From a virus (taxonomy: Duplodnaviria; Caudoviricetes): a stretch of 64,000 bases of DNA. The notes under the pieces are model-generated. The model saw nothing but the letters and a program-made list of their open reading frames with translations. It did not search any database and had not been told where the DNA came from. The position numbers and the translations under genes are program-made. Of the stretch, positions 59,742 to 64,000 are shown in pieces (position 1 is the first letter of the stretch; the number at the start of each line of letters is the position of its first letter). The stretch is from positions 268-64,267 of the IMG/VR virus record IMGVR_UViG_3300042691_006355, one strand, 5' to 3'.

Positions 59742-60890
59742 ATGGATCAAGAAATTAAAGTAAGGGCTGTAGATTTTGAAGAAAAGTCTGTAGCTGAGGT
59801 AGAAGAACAACTACTAAAGCAACATGAGGAAACTACTGGTGTTTCATTAAGTACTGATACAGTTGATACTATTCAAGTACCACAAGAAACAGTTGAAATA
59901 GTAGATACTTCTAATGATACAGTGGAGACTATTATTACAGATGATAATACGCCAACAATTGTTGACGAAATTGACGATAATAAAGTTCTTTCATATATTG
60001 GTAAAAGATACAACAAGGAAATCAGTAACTTGGATGAGTTATTTGAGCAGAGACAACAGAACGAAGATCTTCCAGAAGATGTTTCTGCATTCCTTAAGTA
60101 TAAAAAAGAAACAGGACGTGGAATCGAAGATTTTATTCGCTTGAATAATAACTACGATGAAATGGACGAAGACTCTTTGCTTTTTGAATATCAGCGTGAG
60201 CAGAATCCAGATCTAGAACCAGAGGACATAAAGTTTGATGTAATGGATCGTTTTGCTTATGATGAAGACTTCGATGATGAAAAAGAAATCAAGAAGAAAA
60301 AATTAGCAAAGAAAAAAGAGCTCTCAAAAGCTAAGAAGTACTTTAACGACCTTAAAGAACAATACAGAGTTCCACTTGAGTCAAGGGAAACATTTGTTCC
60401 ACAGGAAGAAAGAGACACTTATGATGCTTTCAAGAGATATAAAGAATCTTCCAAGTCTATAGAGGAAGAAAACGCAAAAAGGTCCCAGTTCTTCTCAAAG
60501 AAAACTCAAGAACTTTTCTCTGACAAATTTGAAGGTTTCAAGTTTAATATAGATGAAAATAAAAAGCTAGTTTACAAGCCAGGAGATCCGAAAGCCTTAA
60601 TGCAAGAACAGAATGATTTAAAGAACTTTGTTTCACAGTTCTTGGATGATGATGGTTACCTTGCAGATGCTGAAGCTTTCCACCGTTCTATTGTGATAGC
60701 CAAAAACCCAGATAAGTTTGCCAAATTTTTCTATGAAAAAGGAATGGCAGATGCGGTAGGTACTGTAGCCAAAGAGTCTAAAAACATTGACATGACTCGA
60801 CAGGCAACACAAGTAACTCCAACTGATGGTGTTAAGATTAAAGTAATAGAGCCAGACAGAGGAAGTAGATTAGTAATTAAAAAACGTTAA
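59742..60890 (+). CDS. Capsid scaffolding-like protein
   Basis: Acidic coiled-coil protein directly before major capsid protein. Confidence 0.7.
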   Translation: MDQEIKVRAVDFEEKSVAEVEEQLLKQHEETTGVSLSTDTVDTIQVPQETVEIVDTSNDTVETIITDDNTPTIVDEIDDNKVLSYIGKRYNKEISNLDELFEQRQQNEDLPEDVSAFLKYKKETGRGIEDFIRLNNNYDEMDEDSLLFEYQREQNPDLEPEDIKFDVMDRFAYDEDFDDEKEIKKKKLAKKKELSKAKKYFNDLKEQYRVPLESRETFVPQEERDTYDAFKRYKESSKSIEEENAKRSQFFSKKTQELFSDKFEGFKFNIDENKKLVYKPGDPKALMQEQNDLKNFVSQFLDDDGYLADAEAFHRSIVIAKNPDKFAKFFYEKGMADAVGTVAKESKNIDMTRQATQVTPTDGVKIKVIEPDRGSRLVIKKR

Positions 60891-60909
60891 ACTTTTAAAC
60901 TTTTAAAAA

Positions 60910-62334
60910 ATGGCTGGTACATTAGCAGTGAGTCCTGGGGTAGCAATTACTCCTAGCTCAGTAAAGGCAACATTGCCTACAAACTACATTACAAACTTCA
61001 ACTTCTTAAATCAGTATCTTCCTGATACTTATGAGCAAGAATTTGAGCGTTACGGAAACAGATCAATCGCATCTTTCTTGCGTATGGTTGGTGCTGAACT
61101 TCCTTCTAACTCTGACTTAATTAAATGGGCAGAGCAAGGTCGTTTGCATACAAAATATACAGGATTGACTTTTGGTTCAGTTTCTTCTGGTACTCAAGTT
61201 TTCACTTTACCTACTGGTACTTGTAACTTTAGAGTTAACCAAACTGTATTCTTATCTTCTCAACAAGTTGCTGCTGAATCAGCAAAGGGGATTATTACGA
61301 CAGTTACTTCTAATACATTTACTGTAGCTTACTATGATTCTGCATACAATGCAACTTCTCCTTTTAGTGTTGCTACTACTGGAGTTACTGCATTTGTTTA
61401 TGGATCTGAGTTCTCTAAAGGAACAAGTGGTATGCAAGGATCATTAGAGGCTGAGGATACATTCTACGAAGTAAAACCAGTTATCATCAAAGATAACTAT
61501 ACTGTATCTGGTTCTGACATGGCTCAAATTGGATGGGTAGAAGTTACTACTGAAAATGGTGCTACAGGTTACTTATGGTACATGAAATCAGAGCATGAAA
61601 CTCGTTTGCGTTTTGAAGATTATCTTGAAATGACAATGGTTGAAGGAGTTCCTGCTGAGCAAACATCTGGTGCTACTGCTTTCTTAAACAATGCTCCTTC
61701 TTATCCTTCTCCATCTACATTATCAGCAGCTGGTACTCAAGGTTTATTTGATTCTATTGAGACTAGAGGTAATGTATGGTCTGGTGGTAACCCATCTTCT
61801 TTAGCTGACTTTGATACTATTATTCAAAGACTTGACAAGCAAGGTGCTATCGCTGAAAACGTATTATTCTTAAATCGTCAGTTCTCTTTCGATATCGATG
61901 ATATGTTGGCTGCTCAAAACTCTTACGGAGCTGGTGGTACATCTTATGGTTTGTTTGACAACAGCGAAGAGATGGCATTAAACCTTGGTTTCTCTGGATT
62001 CAGAAGAGGATACGAGTTCTACAAAACTGATTGGAAATACCTTAACGATGCAACTCTTCGTGGTGGTTTAGTTGGTGGTGTAGTTAACGGAGTATTGGTT
62101 CCTGCTGGAACAATGAGTGTATACGATCAAGTTCTTGGTAAAAACGCTAGACGTCCGTTCTTACACGTTCGATTTAGAGCTTCTGAGGCTGAAGATCGTA
62201 GATACAAAACTTGGATGACTGGTTCAGCTGGCGGTGCTGCAACTAGCGATCTTGATGCAATGCAAGTTAACTTCTTGTCTGAAAGAGCGCTTTGTACACT
62301 TGGTGCTAACAACTTCGTTATCTTCAAGGGATAA
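60910..62334 (+). CDS. Major capsid protein
   Basis: QYLPDTYEQEFERYGNR, WAEQGRLH, FLSERALC.LGANNF; strong codon bias; followed by terminator. Confidence 0.88.
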   Translation: MAGTLAVSPGVAITPSSVKATLPTNYITNFNFLNQYLPDTYEQEFERYGNRSIASFLRMVGAELPSNSDLIKWAEQGRLHTKYTGLTFGSVSSGTQVFTLPTGTCNFRVNQTVFLSSQQVAAESAKGIITTVTSNTFTVAYYDSAYNATSPFSVATTGVTAFVYGSEFSKGTSGMQGSLEAEDTFYEVKPVIIKDNYTVSGSDMAQIGWVEVTTENGATGYLWYMKSEHETRLRFEDYLEMTMVEGVPAEQTSGATAFLNNAPSYPSPSTLSAAGTQGLFDSIETRGNVWSGGNPSSLADFDTIIQRLDKQGAIAENVLFLNRQFSFDIDDMLAAQNSYGAGGTSYGLFDNSEEMALNLGFSGFRRGYEFYKTDWKYLNDATLRGGLVGGVVNGVLVPAGTMSVYDQVLGKNARRPFLHVRFRASEAEDRRYKTWMTGSAGGAATSDLDAMQVNFLSERALCTLGANNFVIFKG

Positions 62335-62345
62335 TTGAAAAAATC

Positions 62346-62374
62346 GGGAGGGGCCTAGCGCCTCTCCCTTTTTT
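62346..62374 (+). terminator. Intrinsic terminator
   Basis: GGGAGGGGC-ctagc-GCCTCTCCC then T-tract. Confidence 0.88.
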
Positions 62375-62400
62375 ATTATTAATAAATTAAATTATATCAA

Positions 62401-63165
62401 ATGAAAACAACAAGAAAATCTGTGCTAGAACCAAAAGATAGAACTTATCTTTTGAAGAATGGAATGAATCCATTAACCTACTTCCTTGCTTCCAAGGACA
62501 CTCCAAGAAAACGTTTACTTTATTATGATGAGGAGACAAATACTAATAGACCTCTTCGTTATGCTAGAAATGCAAATTCTCCATTTCAAGATGAGCAAGG
62601 TGAAAATGTTATCATTGAACCTATTATTTTTGAAGATGGCGTATTAAGCGTTCCTAAAAATAATCCAGTTTTACAGGAATTTTTACATTATCATCCAGGA
62701 AATGGAACTGAATTCTTTGAGTTTGATCAAGAAAAAGATGCTCAACAAGAGATTAAGCAAATGTATGATGTTCTTGATGCTCAGTTAATTGCAAGAGAAA
62801 TGCCATTTGAAGAGCTAGAGCCAATCGCTAGACTATTGTTAGGTGGATCTGTAGATTCAATGAAAGTATCTGAAATCAGAAGAGATATGATGCTATACGC
62901 TAAGAGATATCCTCAAGACTTTATGGAGGCAGTAAATGATCCTTCTATTAAAGTTACTAGCTATGCTGCTAGAGCATTGTCTGATGGATATTTGGCATTT
63001 AGAAACAATAAAAAAGAAATATTTTATAATCTAAAAGACAATAAGAAAAAACTCCTTACTGTTCCATTTGGTGATGATCCAGTATACTTATTATCTGCTT
63101 ACTTACAATCAGAAGAAGGATTAGACCTATATAAATTCTTAGAAAACAAATTCTCTGAAAATTAG
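62401..63165 (+). CDS. Conserved post-capsid structural/hypothetical protein
   Basis: LRYARN..SPF.DEQ, IIFEDG.L.VP, LQEFL..HP motifs. Confidence 0.7.
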   Translation: MKTTRKSVLEPKDRTYLLKNGMNPLTYFLASKDTPRKRLLYYDEETNTNRPLRYARNANSPFQDEQGENVIIEPIIFEDGVLSVPKNNPVLQEFLHYHPGNGTEFFEFDQEKDAQQEIKQMYDVLDAQLIAREMPFEELEPIARLLLGGSVDSMKVSEIRRDMMLYAKRYPQDFMEAVNDPSIKVTSYAARALSDGYLAFRNNKKEIFYNLKDNKKKLLTVPFGDDPVYLLSAYLQSEEGLDLYKFLENKFSEN

Positions 63166-63204
63166 TATATTTGTGCTATTATTCACCCATTAATTTTTTA
63201 CAAA

Positions 63205-63486
63205 ATGGAAAAGTTTTTATCTATCCCTGTTACTTCTGAACAAAATCAGTTAGTATCTTGCACTGACATTAAATTGATCGAGCAAGGCTCAACAACAACT
63301 GTTGTTATCACCTATGGTGGTGGTAAAGTAACAACAATTACTCATGCTGCTGCTGGAGCAGGATCAGAAGAAATGAGAGATGCTATTCAAAATGCAGTTA
63401 TTGCTGCATTACAAACAGCATGGTCTCAACCAGCTTACAATGTATCTGGTTTACCATTTGCAGTATCTGGTATTGCTATCGCTTAA
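63205..63486 (+). CDS. Small structural (decoration-like) protein
   Basis: Own promoter element and terminator; capsid-like codon bias. Confidence 0.6.
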   Translation: MEKFLSIPVTSEQNQLVSCTDIKLIEQGSTTTVVITYGGGKVTTITHAAAGAGSEEMRDAIQNAVIAALQTAWSQPAYNVSGLPFAVSGIAIA

Positions 63487-63507
63487 TAATAGCTACTTAT
63501 CATTAAG

Positions 63508-63536
63508 AAAGGCACTCTCACAAAGTGCCTTTTTTT
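63508..63536 (+). terminator. Intrinsic terminator
   Basis: AAAGGCACT-ctcacaa-AGTGCCTTT then T-tract. Confidence 0.85.
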
Positions 63537-63561
63537 ATTTATCTTTGTAAAAAGCATTTCC

Positions 63562-64000
63562 ATGATCAATGAAGTTCGTAACAACGTTATGTTTATATTG
63601 AACAAAGACAATAGGGGTTATATTACTCCTATGGAGTTCAATACTTATGCTAGACAGGCGCAGTTAGATATATTCCAAAAGTATATGTATGAATATAGCA
63701 ATGCTATAATCAAACAGAATGCTCGTTACCATGGTGAAGGATATTCAAACATTGCTAAAAGAGTTTCAGAAACACTAGATAGATTATCTGAATATCAGAC
63801 AATGCAGTATAACTCAGTAAGTGGAGTTTTAAATATGCCTGTAGATTGTTATTATGTAGAAAAAATAATATATAACAATAACGTAGAGGTAGATAGGGTT
63901 GATCATAGTAAGATATTAAATCTTATTAATTCAAACTTAACTGCACCTACAGCTAGTTATCCAGCATATATTCTTACGTCAGATCCTGCCGTTGGATCTA
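63562..64000 (+). CDS. Tail ring/tubular-type protein, N-terminal part (runs off window)
   Basis: MINEVRNNVMFILNKDNRGYITPMEFNTYARQAQLDIF; open to window end. Confidence 0.75.
   Translation, partial: MINEVRNNVMFILNKDNRGYITPMEFNTYARQAQLDIFQKYMYEYSNAIIKQNARYHGEGYSNIAKRVSETLDRLSEYQTMQYNSVSGVLNMPVDCYYVEKIIYNNNVEVDRVDHSKILNLINSNLTAPTASYPAYILTSDPAVGS

Overview
Almost complete (~64.3 kb, circularly permuted) genome of a lytic tailed phage infecting a Bacteroidetes (Flavobacteria-like) host, with a crAss-like/podovirus-type virion gene set. The + strand carries the late arm: GroEL/GroES, small basic proteins, tail fibre, u-spanin/holin/amidase, terminase, portal, scaffold and major capsid protein (41.9-64 kb), continuing through tail proteins, a GNAT, internal virion proteins and a 3525-aa polyvalent protein (0-22.9 kb). 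The - strand carries the early/replication arm (22.9-41.3 kb): many tiny ORFs, TerC, an iteron-rich origin candidate, exonuclease, SSB, tRNA region, primase-helicase, SNF2-like helicase, VRR-NUC nuclease and a metallophosphoesterase. I recognised no DNA polymerase, RNA polymerase or integrase. The most notable observations are: (1) a ~4.1 kb insertion splitting the tail-stabilization gene that pairs a mucin-like poly-Thr beaded protein with a translationally coupled HPAT/SRGT-like glycosyltransferase (candidate virion O-glycosylation system); (2) a 50-aa gene nested in the +1 frame of the giant protein; (3) IKAQ-delimited swappable modules in that protein; (4) a canonical hammerhead ribozyme and a mini-tRNA-like element fused to repeated early-gene leaders; (5) a free-standing PD-(D/E)XK endonuclease lying between a broken tRNA-Arg and a replacement tRNA-Arg. 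All family assignments come from motif recognition by eye, not from database searches.
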